DNA of 64,000 nucleotides from Babesia bigemina (GCF_000981445.1 NC_027218.1:868001-932000); one strand, 5' to 3'; shown: positions 38,302-51,310, counted from the first letter of the stretch. Made by a program: numbers and translations. The notes: generated from the letters alone by a model not told the origin.

Positions 38302-38880
38302 TTATGTTATGATAAATAGTTCATCAGGTTGCCGTATAAGTAATGGATGTAGAGTGAGCGTTTTTCTTCTCGGAGTGAGTAATGCCTTGATGTTGATGAG
38401 GTGGGAGATTCTGGTGGTCATGATGCGAAAGATCTCCATACGACATAGCAACGTGTGAGCTATGTTGAGTATTATGATATACCATGGCCCGACGAAGATA
38501 AAAAGGAACGGAAAGCGGAGTCTGGATAGCATGTGTCAAAACAGGTCATAAGATTTGCGATAGGCTGACCGTTTACCACACGTACCAAAGTTTAAAGGGT
38601 ATACGAGCACGTGTGTGCAGACTTCGATATAACCTATGGTGGCGTAAATCCCTGAAAATACAGGATGGAAAGGCTTCAGGTGGAGTTGAATGAGTCGCTA
38701 ATACGGATGCACAAGACTGCTTGGTTGACAGCGTACCCGAGATCATCCCAGTTAAGGATTCGGTCGTGTGTTGTGGGACGGGTGGATGCCAGCCTTTAAA
38801 ATTTGCGGGGCCATTTGTAGAGCCATTAATGATGATACGTCGAGTAAACCTCAGTTTATACATGCCTCCAACATTAGAAA
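38302..38880 (-). pseudogene. Decayed 3' remnant of a different ves subfamily gene
   Basis: LRFPFLFIFVGPWYIIILNIAHTLLCRMEIFRIMTTRISHLINIKALL matches the Babesia ves tail type (HSLLYRMDVLRI..TTRASHLIDVKALL). Upstream frames are broken; left boundary of the remnant's 5' part is uncertain. Confidence 0.65.
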
Positions 38881-39001
38881 CACCAGCAACACGTGACTAA
38901 ACGAAAACCAGTAATCGCCTTGTCACAAGTGTGCCTAACGTTGTTAACCAACGATAGTGATCCACAATATTGTATACTCAAAACAGTGGTATATTAAACT
39001 G

Positions 39002-40740
39002 TTATTTTATTCTAAAACTCGGGCCATCACGCAGCATCTGTGCTTTCATCTGAGGCGTCACAATCTCGTAATCGTCTGACCTGCCGGGTCCGCCGTACAT
39101 GCCATTTTTCTCTGTTCCATCTGTGTCTCTCCTAGCACTTTCTGACAAAGGCGTTTCTACATCAAATTGTCTCTCTTTGGGGATTTCTAGATCGGGTGGG
39201 ATTTCTGTGATTTCCTGTTCAGTTAACGTTCCCGTACTATACTGCCTCGCTTCTTCCCTTTTTTTCCTTTCAACCCATTCTATCTTGTTCTTCTGTTTTA
39301 CCTCCACCTTATCCACTTTATATGTGCCAAACAGTGCGCCATAGCACGCAATGTTGAGCAATGAGCCTATCACGATCATGTACATGGTCGACTTTCTCAG
39401 GGCTTCGGTGTTGTTATCTTTCAGCGCCGCGTCCATGTCATCAATTGCCTGTTTTGACGGGGCGTAACCGTGTAACTTCTCGGACACGTACGCAAAGATC
39501 TCCACGAAACTCACGCTAACCGAGATACCCGATATGCACTGGATGATGGCCGATGCGCTTGCTTGGTACTTGTCCTCGATCACTTTCCTCATAATGGGTC
39601 TATCCACGCCACCAACTGTGACCAAAGTCGCACCAAGAATCGCAAACTCTATGTAGTGATACCACATCAAACGTCCGTCTGGCGCCGGTGACACGAAGAA
39701 CAACACGCAAACGATTAATCGCACGCCCATCACAACGATGCCGGCAATCAGTTCGCCATAATCCTTATGCATACTTGTAATTTTTTCGATAACTATTCCT
39801 CCCGCTGCACTCCCTGCTGCGCCACCAATGGTCGTTACCAAAATCGCAATACCAACCTTCATATCAGAGACACCCAGGTACTCCAGGTACGTGATCATGT
39901 ACGGCAGACTGCACATAGGGGCCTCCGCGATCAACATCGTAAATATACACAGAAATGCTGACCAATTTGTAAAAACAGCTTTAAAGGCACCGGATATTTG
40001 CTCCACGAACCCCATTATGGATCCATAAGGTGATATGAGTTCATGCTTAGTTTGCATTGCAAATATAATTGCAATGCCAACCGAAATCCACACGTAACCC
40101 AACACAATGTATGACACGCGCCAGCCGATGAATCCCAGCAAGATGTTCTGCGCAGCTTCCGTGGTTATTGCAGCACAGAGCATACGGCCAATGCAATTCA
40201 GCGCGTGAAGACGGGTAAACGTACTGCTGCTGCTGTTGCGCTCATCATCGTCATCTTTATCTGAAATAATCTTTTGTTGAACTGGGTAAATACATCCAAA
40301 TGCAGCACCGTGTAAGAAGCGCAAGAAGAGGATCTGTAGACACCATGAGCAGTGCACCATTTACAACCTACCGACGAGTACCTTGAAGTTGAGCTTAGCA
40401 GAATCGAGGCGATGCCCATGAACAATAACCCAGCAGACATCACCAGGTTAGTCTCAAACGCATCCGCCAGCAACCCCCAGACAAGAGAGAAGCATAAGCG
40501 CGACATGATAGACACGGTCATCAGCATTGTCTGTTGCCGCTTGGTGAAGCCCATAGTTGACTCGAAGAGCCTCATGCACAAGTACAACACCTGCTGCTCG
40601 TAACCTTCAGTGAACGACACCACGTGGTACAACACCTGGCCGAAGGTGCCATAGTCTTCAGTTTGTTTCTCCACTTTTTTTCCATCTTCCACGTGGGCTA
40701 CTGCAGGATCTGCAGGTGATGTTATTTGTGGCTCAGACAT
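39002..40740 (-). CDS. Major facilitator superfamily transporter (2 exons; intron 40334-40371)
   Basis: About 12 hydrophobic segments, motif A-like WGLLADAFE, LRFLHGAAFG, GWRVSY. Confidence 0.88.
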
Positions 40741-43409
40741 CGTTCTACACTAATAGTCGCTTATCATCTTCGGATGGGCTTCAATGTAAACCGCTATTCA
40801 CGACGCGTAGCAAATAAATTATAATGTGAACTACATTAGATGACATGGATGGTAATGGATTTCTCAGCTGATAGGTGCGATACAATCGCTTGGAGTGGAA
40901 TTAGAATCCACATATCACATGTGACCCGTAATGCCATCATGATAAACGACATCGTATATACACATTACCTTGCACCACAGAACAACACATAGATATTTAC
41001 CTAGAATTTAGGGAGATAAAAGAATAACTCATAATGATGAATAACTAAAATAAAAAGATATTAACTTATGTAAAATATGCGTAGATCCTGGTCTTATAAC
41101 CGCTCCGTTTGACGTCACAAAACTACCTTCATCTACAATATCAAAACATTCTAACTGGAAATGTTTGTGGTAAGTGAATCTCTTAAACTATTATATTACT
41201 GTGTCTGACAAACTAATCGGTGCGGGTGAAAGATTTGATGAAGCATCTCGATGAGAGTTGCAATAGGTGGGCATGTTGCAATGGGAGATCCAGCACGGAC
41301 TTCGTGAGCGCGGCTTACACGTGGATTCACAGCGACGCATTTAGCACAAGAGAAGACACGGGATAGTGCTATACATTAGCGATTTTGGTATTCGGTGAAA
41401 TCCACAAAATTTATCGCATCCACCTCGCAAAGTTACGTTGAGGCAAATGCATCCACTAATCAGCTTCTATCCGTATTGCTCGTAATAGTATAACGTCACA
41501 TTGGGATACATTGCTACCTTTGATCTCCACCCCGCTCAAGCACTGGGTTTCCCACTTTAGACATGTGGTTGTTGTGTAATTCAGCACACAATTATGTTTG
41601 ATGGTACGTTATGTACACATAATGTGTTGTCTGTCTACGTCCTTATGATACGAAACTTGGGGGCAAATTATGATTTGTGCAGTGCTGATCCAGTTTTTAA
41701 CCTCCACATATTTCATTCCGGAATTTAGAGCTCTGATAACGTGTGGCCGACTGCATAAGTAGATCTTGAAAGCCAACTGCCGTCGTCCAATCACACTTTT
41801 CTCCAATGTAAACCAAATAGCGTTTCAACGGAGCGCATCTACACCGCATCACGCTAGTCCAATTTAAGCGTTGACTCGTAATATTCAGAGCAGCAAGCAC
41901 GCGCATGAGATAATGCTATATCTGAATATTGATTCCGAATAGTCGGACCAATTACCTTTTATACCTAAGTGTCATCCAGGTTCTTACATGACTGTTAACT
42001 GGAGTGTTATTTATGCGCGCAATAATTTATGTACAATGCACATGATCGTCCCTGTTGAATATGAAAAGTCCGAGAGATCTGCCTGCCCTCTCCCTAGTAT
42101 CCCTCGCCCGCCTCCTAAGATCATTGTGCCATCCACTCCGAAGCACCGCAATCCACTGTACTACCAAACTCGCTCACTTTATACATGGACTCATGTTTAC
42201 TTAGCTGATTTCCTATCCCCTCATGGTGTTATCGCAGAACCACTAAAGCTGACTTTACGTCGCATAATCCCAATCGTAATCCGTCATCAATCATTAAGTC
42301 TCATATAACTCCGTTCGATAAACTATGTTAGTGGTCCTTTTCCTATATAGTCAACACATTGGTCGTACTAAATATCCCATTGCGAGCCGATCCCTACTTT
42401 TCCCTCACTACATCCAAACATGCTGTAACCTACGTGGATGAGTGCGACGATAACTCGAAGCCATTACTTTGCAGTAAGGTATTACATTCATCATGTCCTT
42501 GTAAAGCATATGATGCATTGCGCCGTTAGGATGTAAGGTGCACATGAAGCCATCTCTCCTCCCATACACATATGCCCACTTATGTGGTCGACGGCTGACA
42601 GTAATCGCTCAAGATTTACTGAAGTTAGTGAAATCCGGTACTATGCACCAGGTGATAACACCTGCTGTTTATAAATGGCATAGCTCGTCGCTTAACTCAT
42701 GAACCAATGTTTATTAGGCTATATTTTACTTTCTTCATGTGGCCAATTAAAAATGCACAGGCAAAGTAAGGTAGCAATTAGCTTCATATAACACCATTAA
42801 TTGCAGCTGTCACCACTTATACGAATTACAAACATATTTTACAACACTGCAATACGTCTCCGAAGAAGGAATCTCAATTCTAACATTCTAGCGTAAGGGC
42901 ATGGCGCCACTAAAATTGACGAACCAACATTGGAGAATTATCGAGCATATAAACAGTTTGATTTGATTTACCACGGAGCAATCACATCTGATATACTCAT
43001 TAATTGGCTTCATATTTGCCGATCTAAAAAATAGTTGACATGGGTGGGTGTTGCGGGCATGTACGGAGATCAGGGGAGGTAGAAGGATGAAGTGATTAAA
43101 AAGTGACGATGAGGAATACAACACAAAGAAGTATCCAGATCAAGATTAAGTTGCCGTTCAATATAGGGAGGCAGTAAGCGGTGGGCAGAGGGGTGCTAGG
43201 GAGGAAATGAGTTGCAGTGGGGGAGTAACGATACAGGGAGTGGATGAGATTGAGTAACGTATTATAAACTTTGTAGTGATACTATATTGAAGATTGATTG
43301 TTGGTTAGGTGGCTGGGTGAGCTAGGCGGCGCCATATTTATAGTCGTGAGTGATATCAACGTGATGAGTGACGATGAGGCGGCGTTGAAGATCATACGTG
43401 GGAATGCGA

Positions 43410-46400
43410 TTAGGTTTGCAGGTACGATATCTTGCTGAGTCTTCCAACACGTGCGGCGGCGAGTAGTGATTGCGCGGCGATGCGATGTGATGAGGGTGAG
43501 TGTAAGTGCGATTTGATGTGGAGCAGGTCGAGGCGGATGACCATGATGTGGAGGAGGTAGAAGAGGGAGAGGAGCCAGAGGGCTACGGTGGTGTAGAAGA
43601 AGGGCTCTCTAATCACCCATAGATATTCTGGAATTATATCAAATACCAACTTGGCAAGTGGAGCTTCAACATCTTTTTCTTTGTTAAGCACGTTGTCCAA
43701 TGCGCGGCAGAAATCTTTGCACGTGCGTTTTTTCTCCATCTTGTTATTTCCACCACTAAGGTCGAATGGACTGCCAAACGTAAAACCGTATGTATACAAT
43801 ATTGAGTGCGTATTGGAGCAATTTACAATGGAATTGCACTCATCATTGTGCTTTTTGCCATCGAGTGCTTTTAAGTCTGCCTTATGATCGTCTGATTTAT
43901 TGGATTCATAAACTGTTTTTACTTGACAATCTCTGGTACAGCGTGTACCATAACATATGGATTTCGGGGATGTGCACTTTTTGCAACATTTATCACATAA
44001 GTCTCTCAGCAAATTATAGAATGTTTCGGCCTGATAAATGATCCACGATAGGTATACACTAGCGTGCTCTCCATAGTACAGCAGGCGGATGTCGTCGCCG
44101 ATAGATTGTAAATACCTGCCGCAGGGCATTGTGGGCGAATCCTCAGGATTACAAGATAGAACGCCGAACAGGTCACCTTTCTCATGGGTTGGTTTCCCGT
44201 CAGATGGAACGTGCTTGCTGGTACACAATATAGTACTTGGGTTTAAAGCACCAAATGGACGCCCGAGATTGGCTTTAGTGACGGCGTTGTTAAACGCTAG
44301 TCGCCTGTGTTCTTTTTGTGTTGACCGGTCATCATCATAGTGATCCAGGAAGTTGTAATAAAACGCAAACATGTCGCACAACGTTTGCGGAGGACGGCGC
44401 AGCAGCAGTAAGAAATAGGAGCAAAGCAAGTTCAGCGATTCGTTTTCTGTACCACAGAACCAATCAAGCACCTTCTTGATACGTTCACCTTTTTGCTGAT
44501 GAGATGCCCGTATACTGAGATCCCGGAAACCCATCGGCGTCTTACACGGGATGCCGTTGTGGTTTTGCAGTGAACAGGTAATCTTACAATCAGGCTTCTC
44601 GAATGGGTGAGGCAGGAAGCCAAGTAGACCATCTTCCAGGAACAATTGAAGGGGTGATTTTACGCCGCAGGAGTAATGTTGCCTGCACTTTTGTTCACAC
44701 TCTTGGTTGGGGCATTGCAGCTTATTGCACTGCCAACGTGATCCGCCAATTCCCTTGCCGTAGAGGCAGTCACGCCACCCACCGCACTCAGGGCCATTGT
44801 GGCACTGCTTAAATAGGAAACGAATCTGATGATTCACACGCAACGATACTTCCACAAGCAGATCGAGACATTTATCTGGGTTGCTTGGGTACAATAAATC
44901 GTCCGGGTTTGTGAGGAAGTCACAGGCGTACCGTCCGTCCTCTTGACCGTGACCGAGGATGGCGATCAACAACAAATTTGATCGAATTGTTGAGTTGTTG
45001 AACACGTATATTAATTCATTGCGAGTCAGTGTTCTACTCATGCTAACGCTTCTTCGGTAAGGCAGAGCGACTTGTAGTTTATCAGTTTCAACTTTGTTTT
45101 CCCTTTCTACATCTTCCAACAATTTTCTGAGGCTGTCTCTCAGAGGTTCGGCAACAGGGTTGTACCACAGCCCACCGAGCCAATGCAACATTTCGTATAT
45201 TGTGGTCGGCGCCCTGGCGTCTGGGATGAGTCTATGGTGGCAGACACGGTAGTAATCTTCGAGGTATTCGTGAAGCGATTTAAGTGCTCCGGTTGTATCG
45301 TCTTGTCCTTTGTATATATTTTTGGCAGCCGTTGTTACGCTGGTGCCGGCAATCATACCAATGATATTTTCGCCCGTCTTGTTTGTGTCCAACTCACCAT
45401 CTTGCTTGTCCTTATTATCAGACACCGTGAAGCCACGGTGGTCGAACCAGATGCCTAAGTGATTTGCCCTTCTGTTATCATCTTCTTTTAGACAAAGTTT
45501 GTTAGCTCTATACAGCTTCGCATCTTTACATTTATTACGCAACCCATCCAAATCATGATAAAGTATCTCGAGAATCGTCAGGAAGGCCTTGGCACACTTC
45601 TCACCATCTAACTCCCACTCGAACACATATGCCGCTCCGCAGTAAGTGGAAATGTACGCCTTGCCCAGTTCCTTGAGAAAAGATTGAAGACATGACATGA
45701 GGATGTAGAGCAAAGTATCGCAGTGCTCGCCGGACTTGAATGGACGGATTGAATCAAGGAACTGCACAAATTCTTCACGTTTTGATGCGAATGATTTGCT
45801 GAAGTACCCAGCGGAAAGCGTGCCGAAGAGTCCTCGAGTGTGATGATCAATCCTGTCAAAGCAGTCCGAAATGGGATCTTTGGTAAGCTGTGGAGATAAA
45901 AACTGTTGGCCCGTGGACGGAGTGCGCACCTTACCTAAGTATCCTGCACGTCCAGCCGGTTGGGGTGCATTTGGATCCTTTGATGATACGGATTGCACAG
46001 CCGGCCTGGCTCTGTAACCGCCACCCGAAATCGAGGGTGTGACTTGTCGGACAGCCGGGGTGGGAGATAGGGAATCATCATCATCATCATCGCTATCGTC
46101 TCCCACTTCCAAGCCGTCATGTTGGAATTTAACATACCTATGGAGATGTTTGTTAAGGTGTTCAAATAGGTCAGCCAACGATTTCAAGTCCTGAGCCTTT
46201 TTAAGGTCACCACTTTTCTTATCAATCCACATTTTCAACAAATGTAGAAATCCTTTAATTCCTTTTTTTAATTCGATGCCAATAATTCTGTCAACTTCTC
46301 TTTTTTGCTCCTCAACGCAGTTTTTCAAAGATTTTAACAGAGCAATTTTGTCTTCGGAGTACATGGCGTATACCTCTGTAATAACTTTGTCAAAGGCTGC

Positions 46401-49400
46401 TTTAACTTTATCCATGATTCCAACTCCCAGTTTATCAATTCCTGTTTCGGCGTTTTTAAAAGATTCAGTCAGGTATATGACTGCTCTTGACGCACACGTG
46501 TCAAATGTAGTTGCAGCTAAAATTATCGTATTAACTGTGTTTCTAATCAAGTCTTTAAGTTTTTCGAAACACTGTTTACGACCTTCATAATCCATTTGAA
46601 AAGCGGAATTTTTTCGTATGGCGTATATCCAATTATCAAAAGGCTGTGTGAGATCCGTAACGAATCTTTCGAGTTCTTTTTTGGTAGATTCATCCCTGAG
46701 TTGCATTATCATATTCTTAATATCGACACTGTTTGCCTTACAAGCGCGCGCATATTGCACTTCAGCCTTCTGAACTTCATCCTTGATGTTCTTAATGGCG
46801 TTACTGAGATATGTCTTGGCCGCACTCTGGTAGGCCTTTTCGTAAAAGGATGACAGTGTCTCTACAGTGTTCTTGATTAACGTCTGCAGTTGAGTGAAGC
46901 ATTGTTTACGAGATGTGAAATCCTCATCGAAGGCAGAATTTTTGGCTACCTCCGCTTCCAGCTGACCGAAGTCAGAGGTTAGCTTCGCAGTTAATCTAGC
47001 TCTATCACTATTCTGTTTGAAATCTGCATCCTGAAGCGTAGTGATCTTATTTCTAACCTGCTCAATACACCCTCTAATTGCCGCCTTGTAGGTTCCTTCT
47101 GCCGCTTCAACCTTGTACTTAATAGTCATAATCGCCCCGCTAAGATAGGACTTAGCCGCACTCTGGTACGCGTTTTTGTACGCTTGATGCAAGGTGGCAA
47201 CAGTGTTGTTAATTTGAGATTTAAGGTTTTCGAAAAATTGTTGGCGTTCGATGATGTCTTCGGAGAAGACTGATTTAGTTGTGATGGCGGACTGTATATC
47301 TTCGAAGTGTTTCAGTGATGTGGATAATTCTTCAAGCTTATCCTTGCCTGCTCTATTTTTAATCTCACTAACAGTCCCTTCGATCTTCTGAATTAATCTT
47401 ATAACCGTATCCTTGTATTGTTCTTCAGCGTTTTCAACCCTTTCCTTTATTTCTTTAATAGCTCCACTGAGATATGTTTTGGCCGTGGTTGAATAGGCCT
47501 TTTGATAAGCGGTTTTCAGTATAGAAACCGTGTCGGTAATAAGTATCGTAAGGTGGTTGAAATACTCTTGGCGGCCACTTTTGTCTGTTTCATAGACGGA
47601 ATGGTTGGTGATGGCGGATTGTATATAGAGAAAATTGGATTCAAGATCGGAGGTAATATCTCCAAGATTATTAGTCTCGGCTTTTTGTTCAAAATTCTTA
47701 ATCTTAGATTTAATCTGCATAAGCTGCGCCTTAACCGCCGTCTGATATTCGTGGTCGGCTTTTATGATTTCGTCGTTGGCCTCACCTAGAACGTATGTGA
47801 GAAGATAAGAGTTTGCACTCTTGAACCATGAATTTAATTGGTCCTCACTAACTTGCTCAGACGTTTGGGGCTTTAAAATACCTTTAACCGCCAAAATCTT
47901 ATTTTCGTCTAGTTGATTCAATTTAGATTGAACGTTACCCTTATGGCTAATAGTAAGAGTCGTGGATATGTTTGTGAGTCTTTTAAATTCCTTTTCAATC
48001 GTATTTTTCAACTCGGTGACTGTTTTTTGACCTTGCTTAAAACTTTTCAAAACGCCCTCAAAAGCACCTACAATATTTCTTTGCAAAGAGCCTTGGGATG
48101 ACTCAACATATTTTATAGCGTTGTCTATGGCGTTCTGCAAATCTTCTTGCGCCTTCCCAGCCAACCTATCCAAGTTAGTTTTATGTGTATCATTAAATAT
48201 CTTATCAGGAGCTTTAATCGACATTTTTGGACCTTCCAGACTACTCTTAACATTGGAAGCTGCATCATTATCATTAAGTGTCGTTGTAATACTCCTAATT
48301 TGACCATCCATGTATGGATTTTTCAAAGCCTTAAGCTTTTGGAAGGTATCGATTATGCCATTGCTACTTTCCAGACTCCCCAACTTCCCTTCAATATTTA
48401 TTATTACCTTCAAAAATTTACGATTATTTACCCCACCGTGCGTCTTGATACATTCTTGAGCCTTGGAAATTAATTTCTCCAAATCGTCTTCGGCATTCTG
48501 CGCCAGCCCCGCAAGTTTATCCTGATGAGCTTTACGAAACAACTCTTCGGGGGCTTCAATTGATGTTGTCAACTGTTGCAAACCGCTTTTAACATGTGAA
48601 GCAGTGCTATCCTTGCTAAGGGCATTTGTGATTTGAGTTATCTGTTCCCCATCCATGAATTTCCTTTTCAACTCTTTCAACTTATCCAAGGTCTCAATTC
48701 TTTCAGCTTCCTGATCTAACTTGTTTTGAATTGCGCTTATAACCCTTGCAACCGCATTGTTATTCAGCCCCCCCCTATTCTTGGCATGTTCATCGGCACA
48801 CTCAAGAGCTTTCTGCATATCGTTTTTGGCGTTATTAACTAACTGTAACAATGCAGCGTCGTGGTTGTCCCTAAATACGTCTTCAGGTTTGACAATCTTT
48901 TCCATTAAACTGCTTAACCCATTAGTAGAATCTGTAGCCATTTTGCCATTAAGAGATGTGATAATATTCACGATCTGCATCTCTACCGGGTTACTCTTCA
49001 AGGCATTTAGTGAGTTTGCGTCATTAACCTTTTCCGCGTCATCCTTCAACCTTTTTTCAAGCGTTTCAATCACCTGTTTAACCACACTATTATTTAATCC
49101 TCCCATATTCATTGCATTTTTACTGAAAGTGATAACGGCTTTCATCAGATCCACTTTTGCCATCTTGATCCCATTAATCATAAACGTATCGCGGGATGCA
49201 TCCATTTTTTCCTTGACTTCCTTTTTCAATAGTTCAACCTTCGCTTTATGCTCCATAATTGTACTCTTAATATTATCCGATATGAATTTGTCAACTTCTC
49301 CCGGTAGCGTGTCAAATGCATTTTGAACAGCTGTCACAGCCATTGTGAAACCTTTATTATTAGTACTCGTTTCCAAAACTTTAATCGCCTCTATCACTGC

Positions 49401-50276
49401 ATTAGCTGATGTATCTAACTGCTTTTGGAATCCTTGGTCCAAATCGCGTAAAAAATTTTTGGCAGTTTCGGACATGCCAAGAAAGTCCTGTGTGACGGTC
49501 TGCCAATAGTTCAACTGGTCTTTCAGTGAATCTTGCCTTTGTTCCGTAATATCATCTATCCTATCATTAATTCTCGAACGTAAACTATTTAATATGTCTC
49601 TAACATTACCAGTCCTCTCCCCAACTCGCCTCTCATATCCCTCCAACCATTGCCTCACACGCATGACAGACTCCAAAAGCCCTTCACGCCCTTTGCCAAT
49701 TTGTCTGACTATAAAGTCAAGAACAGTATCTAGACCGTCTTTACTTTCAATTTTAACATATCGATCATAAGTTGTCACAGCATCATCATCCTTAACACTC
49801 TCCAACACCCCGTGCAAAAACGCCATCACCGCATCACACAGCCTATCCATGTCAGAGTACACAATACCCTGCCCTGTGTAGCCTTTGGAATCTTTGTTGA
49901 AGCCGAGGAAGGTCTCGAGGCCAGTACATAATCGCGTCAAAATGCTTTTATCAGGATCTTTTGAATTGATTTGAAGATTCTCCAAAAAAGGTTCGAGGTC
50001 TTTCTGAAGATTTATAAAGGACATCTCCTGGTCATCAAGTTTCGCAATTTTAGATAACTTCTCTGCAACATCATATATTTTATCGATTTCATCTCGTTTT
50101 TTATCAAGACTATTTTGAGTGTTCCAAATGGCGTCGGCAATAAACTCTTTCAAAGCCTTACCCAACTTCTCAAGACCTTTGTTATCGTTACCTCCATGCC
50201 TAACCTGTATGAGCCAGTCGATGGCCTCCCGCAGATTTTCCGGGCAGTCCGTAAGCTTCTTGAATTGCGGTGCCAT
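43410..50276 (-). CDS. Second large ves/VESA-related variant surface protein, 2288 aa, intronless
   Basis: MAPQFKKLTDCPENLREAIDWL, GYTGQGIVYSDMDRLCD, same repeats, Cys-rich domain, TM and conserved tail. Confidence 0.9.
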   Translation of the reverse strand: MAPQFKKLTDCPENLREAIDWLIQVRHGGNDNKGLEKLGKALKEFIADAIWNTQNSLDKKRDEIDKIYDVAEKLSKIAKLDDQEMSFINLQKDLEPFLENLQINSKDPDKSILTRLCTGLETFLGFNKDSKGYTGQGIVYSDMDRLCDAVMAFLHGVLESVKDDDAVTTYDRYVKIESKDGLDTVLDFIVRQIGKGREGLLESVMRVRQWLEGYERRVGERTGNVRDILNSLRSRINDRIDDITEQRQDSLKDQLNYWQTVTQDFLGMSETAKNFLRDLDQGFQKQLDTSANAVIEAIKVLETSTNNKGFTMAVTAVQNAFDTLPGEVDKFISDNIKSTIMEHKAKVELLKKEVKEKMDASRDTFMINGIKMAKVDLMKAVITFSKNAMNMGGLNNSVVKQVIETLEKRLKDDAEKVNDANSLNALKSNPVEMQIVNIITSLNGKMATDSTNGLSSLMEKIVKPEDVFRDNHDAALLQLVNNAKNDMQKALECADEHAKNRGGLNNNAVARVISAIQNKLDQEAERIETLDKLKELKRKFMDGEQITQITNALSKDSTASHVKSGLQQLTTSIEAPEELFRKAHQDKLAGLAQNAEDDLEKLISKAQECIKTHGGVNNRKFLKVIINIEGKLGSLESSNGIIDTFQKLKALKNPYMDGQIRSITTTLNDNDAASNVKSSLEGPKMSIKAPDKIFNDTHKTNLDRLAGKAQEDLQNAIDNAIKYVESSQGSLQRNIVGAFEGVLKSFKQGQKTVTELKNTIEKEFKRLTNISTTLTISHKGNVQSKLNQLDENKILAVKGILKPQTSEQVSEDQLNSWFKSANSYLLTYVLGEANDEIIKADHEYQTAVKAQLMQIKSKIKNFEQKAETNNLGDITSDLESNFLYIQSAITNHSVYETDKSGRQEYFNHLTILITDTVSILKTAYQKAYSTTAKTYLSGAIKEIKERVENAEEQYKDTVIRLIQKIEGTVSEIKNRAGKDKLEELSTSLKHFEDIQSAITTKSVFSEDIIERQQFFENLKSQINNTVATLHQAYKNAYQSAAKSYLSGAIMTIKYKVEAAEGTYKAAIRGCIEQVRNKITTLQDADFKQNSDRARLTAKLTSDFGQLEAEVAKNSAFDEDFTSRKQCFTQLQTLIKNTVETLSSFYEKAYQSAAKTYLSNAIKNIKDEVQKAEVQYARACKANSVDIKNMIMQLRDESTKKELERFVTDLTQPFDNWIYAIRKNSAFQMDYEGRKQCFEKLKDLIRNTVNTIILAATTFDTCASRAVIYLTESFKNAETGIDKLGVGIMDKVKAAFDKVITEVYAMYSEDKIALLKSLKNCVEEQKREVDRIIGIELKKGIKGFLHLLKMWIDKKSGDLKKAQDLKSLADLFEHLNKHLHRYVKFQHDGLEVGDDSDDDDDDSLSPTPAVRQVTPSISGGGYRARPAVQSVSSKDPNAPQPAGRAGYLGKVRTPSTGQQFLSPQLTKDPISDCFDRIDHHTRGLFGTLSAGYFSKSFASKREEFVQFLDSIRPFKSGEHCDTLLYILMSCLQSFLKELGKAYISTYCGAAYVFEWELDGEKCAKAFLTILEILYHDLDGLRNKCKDAKLYRANKLCLKEDDNRRANHLGIWFDHRGFTVSDNKDKQDGELDTNKTGENIIGMIAGTSVTTAAKNIYKGQDDTTGALKSLHEYLEDYYRVCHHRLIPDARAPTTIYEMLHWLGGLWYNPVAEPLRDSLRKLLEDVERENKVETDKLQVALPYRRSVSMSRTLTRNELIYVFNNSTIRSNLLLIAILGHGQEDGRYACDFLTNPDDLLYPSNPDKCLDLLVEVSLRVNHQIRFLFKQCHNGPECGGWRDCLYGKGIGGSRWQCNKLQCPNQECEQKCRQHYSCGVKSPLQLFLEDGLLGFLPHPFEKPDCKITCSLQNHNGIPCKTPMGFRDLSIRASHQQKGERIKKVLDWFCGTENESLNLLCSYFLLLLRRPPQTLCDMFAFYYNFLDHYDDDRSTQKEHRRLAFNNAVTKANLGRPFGALNPSTILCTSKHVPSDGKPTHEKGDLFGVLSCNPEDSPTMPCGRYLQSIGDDIRLLYYGEHASVYLSWIIYQAETFYNLLRDLCDKCCKKCTSPKSICYGTRCTRDCQVKTVYESNKSDDHKADLKALDGKKHNDECNSIVNCSNTHSILYTYGFTFGSPFDLSGGNNKMEKKRTCKDFCRALDNVLNKEKDVEAPLAKLVFDIIPEYLWVIREPFFYTTVALWLLSLFYLLHIMVIRLDLLHIKSHLHSPSSHRIAAQSLLAAARVGRLSKISYLQT

Positions 50277-51310
50277 CGTTCAGAATCGTGAAATCAAATC
50301 ATGAGCAACTTCAACTAACCCACCACTAATTTGAGGTTGCATACACTCAACTCCTGCAAACATGCGACAAGCACTGGAAGGCTGTCAAACTCCTCTCGCA
50401 GTGCTCCAAACTACATTACTTAAGCATCTATACTATTGAGGGCGCATTTGAAATTCACGACCAAATTAGCATCCGCCTCGCTCACCTAATCCCAATCGCC
50501 AGCACCCAGACAGCTTGAAATTATAATTCACTTAGGGGGTGCCCTGAAGCCTACCAACTACACTCCAATGTTCAACTTCCTTAAGAAATAGATAGAGGTG
50601 ATGCAAGTTGCGTGGTAATATTCGCATCAAATTCTACACTGCCTCTGCGCATTTACTGGTCCACCCCACTCCTGCTATACTGCAGTAATACAAGAGAGGA
50701 TACATTCACGAATCTTTAAATTGAATGATGCAGTGCAGTCATGTGAATAACATCACGTTGTAAACACGAGGCGAAAGAGCTCCTGGTAAAATGACTCCCT
50801 TTGCTGCCGTCAAAAGGAACGGAGTATTCGGTGCGAGATGTCTGCAAATACGACGTTCATATGGAGTACGCAGAGTGTAACATTGAAGCACAGTGAAGAT
50901 AAAAGGAACTTTAAAATATTATACTGGCAGAACGGTAGTGAGGAGTAGGGGAATGACTACGGTAACTATGGATTCCCTAGGTCAAGACGCAAAACACGGA
51001 GAAGGCCAAGGAGCACTATTGATCTGACTTCCCTCCGAATAAAAAGCAGAATGCGATGACCACCGTGAAAGCCGGCGTTACCAACCCATATCACCGAGTC
51101 GAGGTTGTGATAAAACCTGTGTAAAGACGTGGTGAAGGAGCCCAAAGGAGGACATACACGCCAGATGATATGTTAAAGGCGATAGCCCATCTGACGAGCG
51201 ACATGGTGGCTCAACATGATCACGACTTTGTGAATGACCCTCTTGCCCAAACTGGAGGGATGCCCGCATGGATGGCACCAGTGACGACCGGCAACGGACC
51301 GACTTGGATC
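50277..51310. promoter_or_regulatory. Conserved ~1 kb upstream element of ves-like gene (copy 2)
   Basis: Colinear homology with 7362-8400. Confidence 0.75.

Noticed and set aside
41100..41900. Possible plus-strand ves pseudogene
   Set aside because: Only faint resemblance (e.g. ESCNRWACC); not supportable by eye
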